The notes below the pieces were generated by a model. The model had not been told where the DNA came from. It saw nothing but the letters and a program-made list of their open reading frames with translations, and did no database searches. 64,000 bases of DNA from a bacterium. Lineage in GTDB: Bacteria; Electryoneota; JAOADG01. The stretch is from the NCBI GenBank assembly GCA_963681965.1, contig OY820579.1, positions 3,264,001 to 3,328,000 on the forward strand, read 5' to 3'. Below are positions 40,729 to 53,965 of this stretch, one piece after another. A program made the translations under genes and the position numbers. Numbering within the stretch: the stretch's first letter is position 1; each line of letters starts with the position of its first letter.

Positions 40729-42987
40729 TTACTCCTGTGGTATCAATGCCACAAATTTAGTTAAAATCGTTTTTGCACCAACTGATTTAAAATCAACAAC
40801 TACCTTAAAGCCGCCCTCGGCGGGGACGCAATTGATGATCTTTCCAATCCCAAAACTAGGGTGAAGTACTCGCTGACCCGGACGGTAACTTACGCTTCCT
40901 GAACCACTTGACGAAGTTTGTGACGGTTTTCCCGGAACCACTGGAGCTGAAACTGCCTTGATTGATACGAGTCGTGGCTGTCCCGTGATAGCTGACGTCT
41001 TCCGTAAACCGAACAAATCGCCATCCAATTCTTCCAGTGGAATCTCGTCGAAAAATCGCGACGGTTTCGTCCATTCCGTCCGTCCATAACGCGAGCGATA
41101 CGATACGCTGCTGAGCGCCAAACGCTTCCGCGCACGCGTCAAAGCAACATAACATAACCGCCGTTCCTCTTCCAAATCCTGCATCGCGCTGGCATCGTTT
41201 ATCAGTGGAAACAGACCGTCTTCCAATCCGGCAACGACCACTTGATCGAATTCCAACCCTTTTGCCGCATGAACTGTGAGCAATGCGACCACACTAGATT
41301 TGAGATCGACCTGATCGATATCGCTTACTAATGTTACGTTTTCCAGAAACGCATTAATGCCACTTTCCGGAAATTCACTACGGAATCGGTCGAAACTATC
41401 GAGCAACTCTTGCACGTTGCGAACCCGCTCCTCCCCCTCGTCTTCTTTGCGCAGATGATCGATGAATCCACAATTCTCAATCCAACTTCGAATCACTTTT
41501 TCCGGAGGAACCGAATCCTGAACTTGTGCCTGTCGCAACTTGATTTCGGAAACGAATGTATCCAACCCCTTCGCCCACCGACCGCTAAATTCCTGCTTGA
41601 CCGCTTCACTGCACGATGCGTCGAACAGTGACAGGTTCTTTTGATTAGCAAGTTCCTTTAACCTGTCCAGACTGGTTTTCCCGACTTTCCGCGGTGGCAT
41701 TTGCACTGCCCGTTCGAATGCCAAATCGTCGGGCGATCCCGCCTGAGTCTGAGTCAATTGCGTCAAATCAGTCACGGTAGTCTGTTCGACTTGCGCCAGC
41801 AGCCGGAAATATGCCAGTGCGTCCTTCACTTCCCGACGTTCGTAAAATCGCAACGAGCCGACAATCGAGTAGCGTAATCCACGCTTCACACACGCTTCTT
41901 CGAATTCACGCGATTGCGCGTTCGTCCGGTACAATACTGCCGCGGTTCCACCAGCTTCGGTGAGATCCAGCCAATTCAATGCACTGGTCGCCTCTTCCCG
42001 ACCATCTACGCTGCTCAGCAACCGGATCTTCTCACCTTCGGCAGATTGCGTCCACAGCACTTTCGGTTTACGCTGCTTGTTGTGTTCGATCAATTTATTC
42101 GCACTGCGAAGAATTCCCGGAATACTGCGATAATTCTGTTCCAAAAGAATCGTTTTCGCCGGATAAAAGTCTTTTTCGAATTCCAGAATGTTGCGAATAT
42201 CCGCTCCGCGCCAGCCATAGATCGCTTGATCGGTATCGCCAACCGCATAGACATTTTTTCGATTGCCCGCAAGAATGGTCAACAGCAGAAACTGAATTTT
42301 GTTCGTATCCTGATATTCATCGACATGAATGTATTGATACAAGCGCTGGTAGTAATTCCGCACCTGTTCCTGACTTGCCAGTAATTTGTATGCCTCGCAC
42401 AACAGATCGTCGAGATCCAGCGCATTCGCTTTGCGCAATCGGGCGATATATTCGTCGTATACCTGTTTGATGTATTTATTCTTCGGAAAGCTTTCCGTGA
42501 GACCTTCGGGGTCGCTGATTTCATTCTTCAAATTCGAAAATACATTCAGGTAATGACCCGGCGTCCAATCGGATTCCCAGCCCTTCTCTTTCGTCAGGTG
42601 TTTGATGATCGTTTCGCCATCGTTCCGATCGTAGATCGTGAAAAAGCGCGTGAATTTGCCCGATAGATCGCCGTACCTGCGCAAAATCTGAACACAGAAC
42701 CGGTGAAAAGTACACGCTTGTACTTCGCCATATTCCGGTCGAATCGATGGATTCTGTCCGACCAGCGCGTTGATCCGCTCGCGCAACTCACCTGCAGCTT
42801 TATTGGTAAAGGTGACTGCTAGAATTTCGTAAGGTTTCGCTTTATTCTCGGCAATCAAGCGTGCAATCCGAAACGCCACGGTACGCGTCTTACCGGAACC
42901 AGCGCCGGCAACCACCAACAGTGGTCCTTCGTTGTGCATTACAGCTTGTTTTTGAGGTTCGTTCAAACCGGATAAATCAATGACCAC
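40729..42987 (-). CDS. uvrD: UvrD/PcrA ATP-dependent DNA helicase
   Basis: AGAGSGKT, TFTNKAA, DEYQDTN, QNYRS, HAAKGLEF, EERRLCYVALTRA; GTG at 42987 is the likely start. Confidence 0.95.
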   Translation of the reverse strand: MVIDLSGLNEPQKQAVMHNEGPLLVVAGAGSGKTRTVAFRIARLIAENKAKPYEILAVTFTNKAAGELRERINALVGQNPSIRPEYGEVQACTFHRFCVQILRRYGDLSGKFTRFFTIYDRNDGETIIKHLTKEKGWESDWTPGHYLNVFSNLKNEISDPEGLTESFPKNKYIKQVYDEYIARLRKANALDLDDLLCEAYKLLASQEQVRNYYQRLYQYIHVDEYQDTNKIQFLLLTILAGNRKNVYAVGDTDQAIYGWRGADIRNILEFEKDFYPAKTILLEQNYRSIPGILRSANKLIEHNKQRKPKVLWTQSAEGEKIRLLSSVDGREEATSALNWLDLTEAGGTAAVLYRTNAQSREFEEACVKRGLRYSIVGSLRFYERREVKDALAYFRLLAQVEQTTVTDLTQLTQTQAGSPDDLAFERAVQMPPRKVGKTSLDRLKELANQKNLSLFDASCSEAVKQEFSGRWAKGLDTFVSEIKLRQAQVQDSVPPEKVIRSWIENCGFIDHLRKEDEGEERVRNVQELLDSFDRFRSEFPESGINAFLENVTLVSDIDQVDLKSSVVALLTVHAAKGLEFDQVVVAGLEDGLFPLINDASAMQDLEEERRLCYVALTRARKRLALSSVSYRSRYGRTEWTKPSRFFDEIPLEELDGDLFGLRKTSAITGQPRLVSIKAVSAPVVPGKPSQTSSSGSGSVSYRPGQRVLHPSFGIGKIINCVPAEGGFKVVVDFKSVGAKTILTKFVALIPQE

Positions 42988-44071
42988 GGGGAGTGTCTTT
43001 CTGAGGTACTGAGGCAGCTTTAGCACGTTTGAGCGAGTCGCGCTCGGCGATACGATGCAACGACAGCACTTTCCGCGCCGAGTCCAATACAACTTTCGAT
43101 TTCAAGTGACCCGACAAATTTTTGTTAAATGCGTGGCTGCCATCAGCCTGCGAAACAAAATAGAGATAATCCACATCGGCGGGATTGAATGCCGCCAAAA
43201 TTGCATTCTTTCCCGGATTGCAGATCGGTCCCGGTGGTAATCCGGTATACATGTAAGTATTGTAAGGCGAATCGACTTCGAGATCGCGAAATAGCAGACG
43301 ACGCGGTGGTCCCGGAAGAATATATTGAATTGTCGGATCGGCTTGCAGCAGCATCTTCTTTTTCAAACGATTCGTATACACTGCTGAAACGAGAGGTGCT
43401 TCGGATTTCTTCTGCACTTCAGCTTCGACAATCGATGCCAGCGTGATCATTTCGTGAAGCGTCATCCCTTTAGCTGCGGCAATGGAGTCCATGGAATCCG
43501 GCACTACTTCGCGAAACCGTGCCAACATTCGCTTCACCGCTTCGCGCGGCAAGACGCCCGGCAGCATCTGGTAAGTATCCGGAAACAGATACCCCTCTGC
43601 CGAACTGGCATTGATCCGAAATTGCGCGAGTAGCTGACGATCGTGTGCCGCCATCACAAATTCCAATGAGTCGACACCGATTTCCTTCAACGCCTCGGTG
43701 TACTGCGCAATCGTCAACCCTTCGCGAAAGCAGACTTCGCCACCCTCGCCACCCGGTTTTTCGAGGCGAAGCAAAACATCCAGCGGTGACATTCCTTTTT
43801 CGAACGGATACACACCCGGTTGAATCTTCGCATCGGCGGCGCGAATTTTTGCCAGAAATCGGAACATCAGTTCGCTTCGAACCAGTCCCAACCGCTTCAG
43901 ATCGCGCCCGACACGCTTCGCACTCATCCCCGGTTCGACGCGAAGGATCACTCGTTCCGGTGGATTTGGTGCTGGCGCAAACAGATAATATTGGCTGAAC
44001 GCGATTGCGATCATCACTAGCAGACCTAGCGAGACCCAAAATATTGCCCAGTGATGATGCGCTTTTGCCAT
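42977..44071 (-). CDS. mltG: Endolytic transglycosylase MltG
   Basis: N-terminal TM, EGYLFPDTY, LASIVEAE, LQADPT, SPYNTY...GLPPGPICNPG. Confidence 0.96.
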   Translation of the reverse strand: MAKAHHHWAIFWVSLGLLVMIAIAFSQYYLFAPAPNPPERVILRVEPGMSAKRVGRDLKRLGLVRSELMFRFLAKIRAADAKIQPGVYPFEKGMSPLDVLLRLEKPGGEGGEVCFREGLTIAQYTEALKEIGVDSLEFVMAAHDRQLLAQFRINASSAEGYLFPDTYQMLPGVLPREAVKRMLARFREVVPDSMDSIAAAKGMTLHEMITLASIVEAEVQKKSEAPLVSAVYTNRLKKKMLLQADPTIQYILPGPPRRLLFRDLEVDSPYNTYMYTGLPPGPICNPGKNAILAAFNPADVDYLYFVSQADGSHAFNKNLSGHLKSKVVLDSARKVLSLHRIAERDSLKRAKAASVPQKDTPRGH

Positions 44072-44073
44072 AG

Positions 44074-44811
44074 TTATTTCGATGAATCGAGTTTCTTAAT
44101 TGACGTTAACGATTTAAGTTCCAATTCGGTCAATGGACGCAACGCTCCCGCCTTCAAATTACCCAACGTTACTTTTCCTACTCGCACCCGGATCAACCGA
44201 TGCACCGAATTGTGTACGGCGTGAATCAGTCGCCGTATTTCCCGCTTTCGCCCTTCGTGCAGGATAATACTAACCTTGTTTGCAGAGATCCTGTCCACGC
44301 GATCCGGTCGACACCATCCATCTTCTAGCAGGATGCCGTCGTCAATGGCATACAGCATCCGGTCGGTGAAAGGAATTTTCGTCTCGACCAAATACTCTTT
44401 TTCCAATTCGAACCGGGGATGAGTGATCGCATAAATCAATTCGCCATCATTGCTGACGATCAGCAGCCCTTCACTATCGGTATCCAGTCGTCCTGCCGGT
44501 TTCAAGTGCATTTCCGGTGGCAATAAATCGGATATCGGTAACCCCTGCTCACGTCCAATTTTCAACGAACTAACGTAACCACGGGGCTTATGGAAAGCAA
44601 ATGTAAAATTGCCCGTCGTAAGTTGAATCCGTTGATTATCGAACAGAATCACCGAGTGTTCCGGATCGACCCGATCACCAACCGTACCGATCCGTCCATC
44701 GACCTTGATCCGTTGTTGATCGATCAGCTCATCGGCTTTTCGACGCGAACACCCCGTCGCACTGGCGATGAATTTATTTAGTCGTTGCAAGCTGTCAGGA
44801 TCGTCACTCAA
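44074..44811 (-). CDS. rRNA pseudouridine synthase (RluB/RsuA family)
   Basis: S4 domain (RLNKFIA...SRRKAD), HKPRG, GRLDTDSEGL, EGRKREIRR. Confidence 0.93.
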   Translation of the reverse strand: MSDDPDSLQRLNKFIASATGCSRRKADELIDQQRIKVDGRIGTVGDRVDPEHSVILFDNQRIQLTTGNFTFAFHKPRGYVSSLKIGREQGLPISDLLPPEMHLKPAGRLDTDSEGLLIVSNDGELIYAITHPRFELEKEYLVETKIPFTDRMLYAIDDGILLEDGWCRPDRVDRISANKVSIILHEGRKREIRRLIHAVHNSVHRLIRVRVGKVTLGNLKAGALRPLTELELKSLTSIKKLDSSK

Positions 44812-44845
44812 TTCATTTCCTTCAATTTGCTTCTTAACATCCCAA

Positions 44846-45170
44846 GTAGGGGCGGGTCCCTGCGCCCGCCCGCTCTGGTATCATTTTATTATCTTGTATC
44901 CTGTAGTAGGGGCGGACCCCCGTGTCCGCCCGTTCTTGTATTTTTTATCTTTTGTAGCCGCAGGCTTTAGACTGCGTTCTTGTATCTTTTCTCTTTTTAA
45001 TCGATAAAGATGAAAAAAAGAGTACAAGTTGCCCAATCGGAGTTGGGCAGTACTGCCGATCTCCGAATCGGCTCTTTTGTCTTTTTTTTATCGACTCAAT
45101 TATCGGCATAAATTCAATCGAAATGATGCCGTATCGAAATTCGGCAGTACGGTGCGATTAATAAAATCCC
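44846..45170. repeat. Mosaic REP-like hairpin array E
   Basis: GTAGGGGCGGGTCCCTGCGCCCGCCC, GTAGGGGCGGACCCCCGTGTCCGCCC, GTAGCCGCAGGCTTTAGACTGCG, and back-to-back GCCCAATCGGAGTTGGGCAGTAC/GTACTGCCGATCTCCGAATCGGC, joined by TTCTTGTATCTTTT-type linkers. Confidence 0.85.
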
Positions 45171-45222
45171 AAGACATCGGATGGACGAGCAGTCAGTTCA
45201 GAGGAGATAAATACAAGTTCTA

Positions 45223-46521
45223 TTAATCGAAAACCAATACTTTACCGTAGCGTTTTCGAAAATCGGCAACATTCGTTTGTTCCAATAATCGCAGTCGCGG
45301 TTTGACTTGTGCAAAGATGCGTTCGAACCGGATTTCGATCGGTGTTACGTTTCCAGCACTGAAACTGGCATCGATTTCGGCAGACAAATTGTCATAAATA
45401 ATCGCAATGTGGTTGTCTCCTTCGGGAAAATGATTCCAAAGGAGAACTGAATTCTCCGAATTCGAACCGTTAAAGAAGGAATGTCCATTGACTTCAATGC
45501 GAATCTTACCGACTTCCAGTGCTTCCGTACCTTTGGCTGCAACCAGCGCAAACGCGGCATTCCCGCCGACTTTTTCGAATGTTGCTGAAATCGTTGCAGT
45601 TTCGCCCCGTCGAATAGTAAACGGAATCCCTTTAGGTGTGGTATAACCGGAAAGCGGTGCGAATTCAGCGAGATAACTTCCCGCTTTAAATTCAATCGTG
45701 ATCGGTGTCGGTCCAAATCGGCGACCTTCGACAATGACCGTTTGACCTACCGGAAGCGTATTCAATTGAATAAAGCCAGTCGACACTTCCGCTTGCTTCG
45801 AAACCATCTCAAAATACGCCGCACTAAGCCCGACATCCGGGTCGACCGTAACGGTAATCTGCGAAGGAATGGACAGGAAGCCTTCCTTCGCGATGGTCAC
45901 GAGATATTGTCCCGGTTGAAGTCCTTCTAACATTGTCGGTACTTGCTTCCCCGTCGCGATGCCGTTGACTGTGATATCGCCGCCGGCTAAGTTCGAGGTG
46001 ATTTGAATCGTACCCAATCGTTTGGATACCGGAATCGAAGAGGGGCGTGTATTCGAATTGGGAAAAACTGAGTGATCCGATCGGTTGCCCGACGGGACAT
46101 ACTTCTGCACTCTGGCAGTATCGGGCGCGAGCGGCTGACTTAAACTTTTCTCTGCTGACATGATCGAATCTTGAGGTTTCGGAGTAGCAGTAAATATGAC
46201 TTCGGTAACTTTCTTCGATTCCACATTGATGCTGATAACTTGCGGATCGACATTCCACCGGTCGGTAGAAAGAGCGATCCGCCGGATGCCGACTTTCACA
46301 TTCGAAATCAATGTGTCGGTCCGATACATCGTCAGCGAACCATCGATCAAGATCGGAATACCGGGCGGAGTAGAGCGAATACGCAGACTACCAGGTGCAT
46401 CTTCTCGCTGTGCCACAACCATGAAATAATAGACTAAAAAGATGGCAACCAGTACGGGAATAACTGAACCTAGTAATCTGCCTACGGTATCTTTAATTAG
46501 TGCGTATTCGCGTTCATTCAT
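45223..46521 (-). CDS. PEGA domain-containing membrane-anchored protein
   Basis: N-terminal TM plus three PEGA-like repeats (GSLRIRSTPPG.., GTIQITSNLAG.., GFIQLNTLPVG..GPTPI). Confidence 0.8.
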   Translation of the reverse strand: MNEREYALIKDTVGRLLGSVIPVLVAIFLVYYFMVVAQREDAPGSLRIRSTPPGIPILIDGSLTMYRTDTLISNVKVGIRRIALSTDRWNVDPQVISINVESKKVTEVIFTATPKPQDSIMSAEKSLSQPLAPDTARVQKYVPSGNRSDHSVFPNSNTRPSSIPVSKRLGTIQITSNLAGGDITVNGIATGKQVPTMLEGLQPGQYLVTIAKEGFLSIPSQITVTVDPDVGLSAAYFEMVSKQAEVSTGFIQLNTLPVGQTVIVEGRRFGPTPITIEFKAGSYLAEFAPLSGYTTPKGIPFTIRRGETATISATFEKVGGNAAFALVAAKGTEALEVGKIRIEVNGHSFFNGSNSENSVLLWNHFPEGDNHIAIIYDNLSAEIDASFSAGNVTPIEIRFERIFAQVKPRLRLLEQTNVADFRKRYGKVLVFD

Positions 46522-46540
46522 TCCTACTCACACTTCCCAA

Positions 46541-47311
46541 TTACTTATTGGCATTCGGACCGGTATTGATCAAACCACGAAACATCTCGATCGGAATCGG
46601 GAAAATAATCGTTGAACTGTTTTCGGCGGAAATCTCCGTCAACGTCTGTAAATATCGAAGTTGCAATGCAGTGGAATCGACCGAAATTACTTTGGCGGCT
46701 TCGGCAAGTTTCGCGGAAGCTTGGAATTCACCATCGGCACTGATCACCTTCGCTCGACGGATACGTTCCGCTTCGGCTTGCGCCGACATCGCCCGCTTCA
46801 TGTCGACCGGCAAATCGACTTGCTTGATTTCAACGGATGAAACCTTGATCCCCCAAGGTCCCGTGTGCCGATCGATGATTTCCTGTAACTGCAGATTGAT
46901 CTTATCGCGTTCCGAAAGCAAATCATCGAGTTCCAATTGACCTAGTACCGATCGCAAAGTCGTCTGACTGAATTGGCTCGTGGAATACAGGTAGTTTTGA
47001 ACTTCGGTGATTGCCATGCGCGGATCGATCACCCGGAAGAAAATCACTGCGGAAACTTGAACCGATACGTTGTCTTTAGTAATAATGTCCTGTGGCGGAA
47101 CATCCAGCGTAACGACGCGAAGATCCACTTTTACCATCTGATCGATAATCGGGATCAAGATGATCAGTCCGGGACCTTTCAAACCGATAATCCGACCTAA
47201 GCGAAAAATCACACCGCGTTCATATTCTTTCAGGATGCGAATCATGTTGGCAATGAGAATTATGCCAAACACGATGACGATTGTACCGATTACGCCAAAT
47301 GCTTCAAACAT
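46541..47311 (-). CDS. SPFH/stomatin-like (slipin) protein
   Basis: [46 protein letters not shown]. Confidence 0.95.
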   Translation of the reverse strand: MFEAFGVIGTIVIVFGIILIANMIRILKEYERGVIFRLGRIIGLKGPGLIILIPIIDQMVKVDLRVVTLDVPPQDIITKDNVSVQVSAVIFFRVIDPRMAITEVQNYLYSTSQFSQTTLRSVLGQLELDDLLSERDKINLQLQEIIDRHTGPWGIKVSSVEIKQVDLPVDMKRAMSAQAEAERIRRAKVISADGEFQASAKLAEAAKVISVDSTALQLRYLQTLTEISAENSSTIIFPIPIEMFRGLINTGPNANK

Positions 47312-47453
47312 ATTTCCTCCATACCCGGATAGATCTAAGATATATCGTCGATAGGGGCGTAGTTACTACACCCCTATCAATATACTATAGCAATGTTTGA
47401 AATCCGATAAAACTTACTCGGAAGTAATATTACCACCTGCGAACAATCGGTCG

Positions 47454-48797
47454 TCAGCCTTTTAGCACGGCTTTCGCTGCTGAAACGTAATCGTCGAGTT
47501 CCGATTTCATTCGCAATTCGGTCACGGCAACGCCAATTTTACCTTCCATGCTCGGGTCGTACAATCCCAGATGGACACCACCCAGAATGCCCTTCGCCAG
47601 CATTCGTTCGAGGAAGATATCGGCGCCGATCGAGGGTTCGATCACAAATTCATTGAAGAATGCACCGTTATACACCGGTTTCAAGTCGATCTTCGATAAT
47701 TCGTCGGCTAAGTACAACGCCTTCTGATGACTCAGTTTTGCGACTTTCTTTACCCCTTCTTTACCTAACATGGCTAGATTGAAGAGGGTTGCCAACATCA
47801 TCAGACCTTGATTCGTGCAAATATTCGAGGTCGCTTTTTCGCGACGGATGTGCTGTTCGCGCGTCTGCAACGTCAGTACGAAACCGCGCTGTCCGCGATC
47901 GTCTTGCGTCACACCGGCGACTCGACCCGGCATCAACCGAACGTAATCCTTCTTGCAGGTGAAGATACCGACATACGGACCACCGCCATTGAGACCCGGA
48001 CCGAAACACTGACCTTCGCCCACGACGATATCCGCGCCGTAATCGCCCGGAGCTTTCAGTAATCCCAATGAAACCGGATAGACCGAAACGATTGTCGGAA
48101 TATTGCGTTTCTTCGCCACTGCAATAAGTTCTGCGGCATCTTCCAACTGACCGACAAAGTTCGGGTGCTGAATCACCAAACAGGCGGTATCGTCGGTTAA
48201 TGCGGCTTCCACGTCGGCAACGGACGTACGTCCATTCGTCAGCGGAACGTGAATCATCGCCGGCGCGGTCGGACCGATAATCGTTTTTACCACGGTTCGA
48301 TACAGCGGATTCACGCCATCGACCATGACCACGCGATCCTTCTTGGTGAAGGCACGCAACAACTGAACGGCTTCGGCAATCGCCGTGCCGCCATCGTACA
48401 ATGACGCATTCGAGATCGGTAGTCCGGTCAACCGGGTCATTAACGATTGAAATTCGTAAATACACTGCAACGTACCTTGCGATACTTCCGGCTGGTACGG
48501 GGTGTAGGCTGTGTAAAACTCCGAACGCAGCAGCAACGGATTCACCGCAGCGGCTACGAAATGTTCGTAACTACCCATGCCGGCGAAACAGACAGCCTGA
48601 TCGCTGACTTGGTTTTTACCGGATAGTTGACGGAAAAATTTCCGGACTTCGAACTCCGACCATGCATTCGGTAGATCGAGTTCGCCTTTGATGCGTAAGT
48701 TTTCCGGAATATTCGTAAAGAGATCGTCGATCGAAGCTACGCCGATGGCAGATAACATCTTGGCGCGATCTTCGGCGGTATGCGGTACATAGGACAT
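47454..48797 (-). CDS. gcvPA: Glycine dehydrogenase subunit 1
   Basis: EFYTAYTPYQPEVSQGTLQ, NASLYDG, QTREQHIRREKATSNICTNQ. Confidence 0.96.
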   Translation of the reverse strand: MSYVPHTAEDRAKMLSAIGVASIDDLFTNIPENLRIKGELDLPNAWSEFEVRKFFRQLSGKNQVSDQAVCFAGMGSYEHFVAAAVNPLLLRSEFYTAYTPYQPEVSQGTLQCIYEFQSLMTRLTGLPISNASLYDGGTAIAEAVQLLRAFTKKDRVVMVDGVNPLYRTVVKTIIGPTAPAMIHVPLTNGRTSVADVEAALTDDTACLVIQHPNFVGQLEDAAELIAVAKKRNIPTIVSVYPVSLGLLKAPGDYGADIVVGEGQCFGPGLNGGGPYVGIFTCKKDYVRLMPGRVAGVTQDDRGQRGFVLTLQTREQHIRREKATSNICTNQGLMMLATLFNLAMLGKEGVKKVAKLSHQKALYLADELSKIDLKPVYNGAFFNEFVIEPSIGADIFLERMLAKGILGGVHLGLYDPSMEGKIGVAVTELRMKSELDDYVSAAKAVLKG

Positions 48798-48859
48798 GAT
48801 CTTATGCCTTTACTTGATGGAAATGTGGGGTGATGAGTTCACCCCACCCGGGGAAATGG

Positions 48860-49237
48860 TTAGTGTAGCGTCGCTGCGTAAGCGTCGGGATCGAGCAAAC
48901 CGCTTAATTGACCCAAATCGGTTGCTTCAATTTTTACGATCCAGCCGTCGCCATAGCAATCGGAGTTGATCTTTTGCGGATCCGCATCGAGGGCACTGTT
49001 CACCGCGACAACTTTTCCATCCAGAGGAGAATAGAGATCGGCTACGGTTTTCACCGCTTCAATCGTGACCAAACCGCCACCCTTGACGGCGGTGGCGCCA
49101 TCTGCCGGAAGCTGCAGGAAAACGATATCGCCAAGTTCCGATTGAGCGAAATCGGTTAAACCGACCGTTACAATTTTACCTTCAATCTTGCACCATTCGT
49201 GCGTGGGCGTGTATTTCAAATCTTTCGGGATATTCAC
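48860..49237 (-). CDS. gcvH: Glycine cleavage system H protein
   Basis: HEW, GLTDFAQSELGD, EAVK (lipoyl Lys), YGDGW. Confidence 0.96.
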   Translation of the reverse strand: MNIPKDLKYTPTHEWCKIEGKIVTVGLTDFAQSELGDIVFLQLPADGATAVKGGGLVTIEAVKTVADLYSPLDGKVVAVNSALDADPQKINSDCYGDGWIVKIEATDLGQLSGLLDPDAYAATLH

Positions 49238-49272
49238 AGTAGTCTCCTACAAATTGCGATCAATCGCACTGT

Positions 49273-50628
49273 TCAAATGAGAGAATGCGTTTCGAGATAA
49301 TCGGTATTGTAATTTCCCGAAACGAAATCTGGTTCGTGTAAAATCTTCCAAAACAACGGTATTGTGGTCTTAGGTCCTTCAATTACCGTCTCTTCCAATG
49401 CGCGCCGCATCCGGGCGATTGCTTCCGCCCGATCGGCGCCAAATACGATCAATTTGCCAATCATGCTGTCGTAATGTGCCGGGATCTGATACCCTTCATA
49501 CGCACAGCTATCGATACGGATCCCCGGTCCACCGGGAAAATGCAAGGCAGTAATGCGATTCGGCGAGGGCATGAAGTTTTTCTTCGGATCTTCGGCATTG
49601 ATCCGAACTTCGATACAATGTCCCCGCAGAAATACTTGAGATTGCGTCTTGTTTAATTTCTGTCCGTCGGCAATCTGTATCTGCATCTTCGCCAAATCGA
49701 TCCGGCTGATCTGTTCGGTGATCGGATGTTCCACCTGAATTCGCGTATTCATCTCGATGCAATACACATTCCCGTCTTTATCATACAGGAATTCGATCGT
49801 ACCGAGTGAATCGTAATTCACGAATTTCGCACCCTGAACGGCATATTCACCCAGTCGCGCCCGCAATTCTTCCGATACCACTGCCGACGGTGCTTCTTCC
49901 ATCAGCTTCTGGTGACGTCGTTGAATCGAACATTCGCGTTCACCTAAGTGAATGCAATTGCCATATTTATCGGCTGCGATTTGGACTTCGATATGCCGCG
50001 GATTGACGATCAGCTTTTCAAGATACAATGAGCTGTCACCGAATGCCGATTCTGCTTCAGCCGAGGCAATCCCGAAAATCGCTGCCATCGATTCCGCATT
50101 CTTGACAATCCGCATCCCCCTGCCGCCACCACCGGATACCGCTTTTAAAATCACTGGATAACCGATTTCGGCGGCAATCCGAACGGCATCGATGGCGTTC
50201 GTCACCACCCCGTCGGATCCGGGAATCACCGGTACGCCAGCCGCTTTCATCGTGGCTTTAGCAACGGCTTTGTCACCCATCATTCGAATCGATTCGGGAC
50301 GAGGTCCGACCCAAACATAGCCATTGGCTACAACTTGGTCGGCAAAGCTCGCATTTTCCGAGAGAAAACCGTAGCCGGGATGTATTGCATCGGCGCCGGA
50401 AAGCTCTGCTGCGGCAAATAAGCGGGTGGTGTTGAGATAACTTTGACCGGAAGGCGGAGGTCCAATACAGATGGCTTCATCGGCAAAACGGACATGTAAC
50501 GAATCGCGATCCGCGGTGGAATAAACGGCTACAGTTTTCACGCCCAACTCTTTACAGGCGCGAATGATTCGTAACGCAATCTCACCGCGGTTCGCGATTA
50601 ACAGCTTTTTAATCCGGCGATCAGACAC
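49273..50628 (-). CDS. accC: Acetyl-CoA carboxylase biotin carboxylase
   Basis: [47 protein letters not shown]; GTG at 50628 overlaps the accB stop. Confidence 0.97.
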   Translation of the reverse strand: MSDRRIKKLLIANRGEIALRIIRACKELGVKTVAVYSTADRDSLHVRFADEAICIGPPPSGQSYLNTTRLFAAAELSGADAIHPGYGFLSENASFADQVVANGYVWVGPRPESIRMMGDKAVAKATMKAAGVPVIPGSDGVVTNAIDAVRIAAEIGYPVILKAVSGGGGRGMRIVKNAESMAAIFGIASAEAESAFGDSSLYLEKLIVNPRHIEVQIAADKYGNCIHLGERECSIQRRHQKLMEEAPSAVVSEELRARLGEYAVQGAKFVNYDSLGTIEFLYDKDGNVYCIEMNTRIQVEHPITEQISRIDLAKMQIQIADGQKLNKTQSQVFLRGHCIEVRINAEDPKKNFMPSPNRITALHFPGGPGIRIDSCAYEGYQIPAHYDSMIGKLIVFGADRAEAIARMRRALEETVIEGPKTTIPLFWKILHEPDFVSGNYNTDYLETHSLI

Positions 50629-51163
50629 TCGGTTCAATCCGGAATAACACTGAGCCAAATTCTACAGGTTGTGCATTCTTGGCGCAAATTTCCACTACTC
50701 GACCGGTCACTTCCGCTTCGATTTCGTTCATCAATTTCATCGCTTCGATAATGCAAAGCGTCTGACCTTCCTTGATAAACATTCCATCGCGGACATAGGC
50801 ATCGGCATCCGGTGACGGCGAAGCATAGAAGGTTCCGACCATCGGACTGGTCACTTCGACCAGTTTTCGATTGGAAACGGGCGCTTCGGCTTTCATCTCG
50901 ACTGGCGCAGCAGCCGGAGCGGCTTGCGGTGCGGGAAGATAGGTGGGCATTCCACCAGCGACGGCATCGGGACCGTTTTTGCTCAAAAAGATCCGGGCAT
51001 CCCCGGTTTCAATTTCGAGTTCGGTAAGTTTCGACTTTTCCAATAACGCGACTAAACTTTCGACGGTTGCTAAATCGAGCGTTAATAAGGTCGGACCGAT
51101 GGGTTCGGGAAACGGTTCCGGCTTCGACGCAGATCGTTTTGCATCAACTGTCTTTTTCGGCAT
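50621..51163 (-). CDS. accB: Acetyl-CoA carboxylase biotin carboxyl carrier protein
   Basis: [17 protein letters not shown]. Confidence 0.96.
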   Translation of the reverse strand: MPKKTVDAKRSASKPEPFPEPIGPTLLTLDLATVESLVALLEKSKLTELEIETGDARIFLSKNGPDAVAGGMPTYLPAPQAAPAAAPVEMKAEAPVSNRKLVEVTSPMVGTFYASPSPDADAYVRDGMFIKEGQTLCIIEAMKLMNEIEAEVTGRVVEICAKNAQPVEFGSVLFRIEPSV

Positions 51164-51168
51164 GGTAG

Positions 51169-51735
51169 CTACTCCTTTACTCGTTCCATGTAGGCATGGG
51201 TACGAGTGTCGACGCGAATTTTCTCGCCCTGTTCCACGAACAGAGGTACTTGAACTGTTGCGCCAGTTTCTAACTTAGCCGGTTTCGTTGCGCCACCTTG
51301 AGCGGTATCGCCACGGACACCCGGTTCGGTTTGGACTATGGTATATACTATGAAATATGGCAATGACATGCTTAACGGAGCTTCACCGCGGAAGAGAATA
51401 TCCACGACTTCGCCCTCTTTCAAAAAAAGCACGTCGTCGGCAATTTGCTTGCGTTCGAGGTGTATCTGTTCGAACGTTTCCTGATCCATAAACAAGTACA
51501 GATCGTCTTCGGCATACAAATACTGCATCTTTCGCGCTTCCAATCGAACGATGTCGATACTTTCACCGCTGCGATAGGTCTGCTCGATTACGCGTCCGGT
51601 CAATACGTTCTTCAATTTGGTCCGGACAAATGCACCACCCTTGCCGGGTTTCACATGTTGAAACTCGACAACTTGATACAACTCGTTCTTAAACTCAATG
51701 TTTAATCCATTGCGGAGATCCGCTGTACTTGCCAT
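51169..51735 (-). CDS. efp: Elongation factor P
   Basis: HVKPGKGGAF, PGVRGDT, VPLF. Confidence 0.97.
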   Translation of the reverse strand: MASTADLRNGLNIEFKNELYQVVEFQHVKPGKGGAFVRTKLKNVLTGRVIEQTYRSGESIDIVRLEARKMQYLYAEDDLYLFMDQETFEQIHLERKQIADDVLFLKEGEVVDILFRGEAPLSMSLPYFIVYTIVQTEPGVRGDTAQGGATKPAKLETGATVQVPLFVEQGEKIRVDTRTHAYMERVKE

Positions 51736-51855
51736 AAACCTTATGTCTCCTGACAGCAATCGAAAATGATTGCACATTATTAAGTTACGATCTCAGGGAT
51801 AAGATCGCTATTCTCTATCAACCAAAAGCTTGGGCTCCTGGTCAATTTCCTAAAA

Positions 51856-53952
<2,097 letters not shown>

Positions 53953-53965
53953 TCATAAAGAAGGT

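Noticed and set aside
47351-48848. Isolated hairpins at 47351-47378 and 48826-48848
   Set aside because: Single stem-loops that could be terminators, processing sites or lone REPs; not enough evidence to assign.
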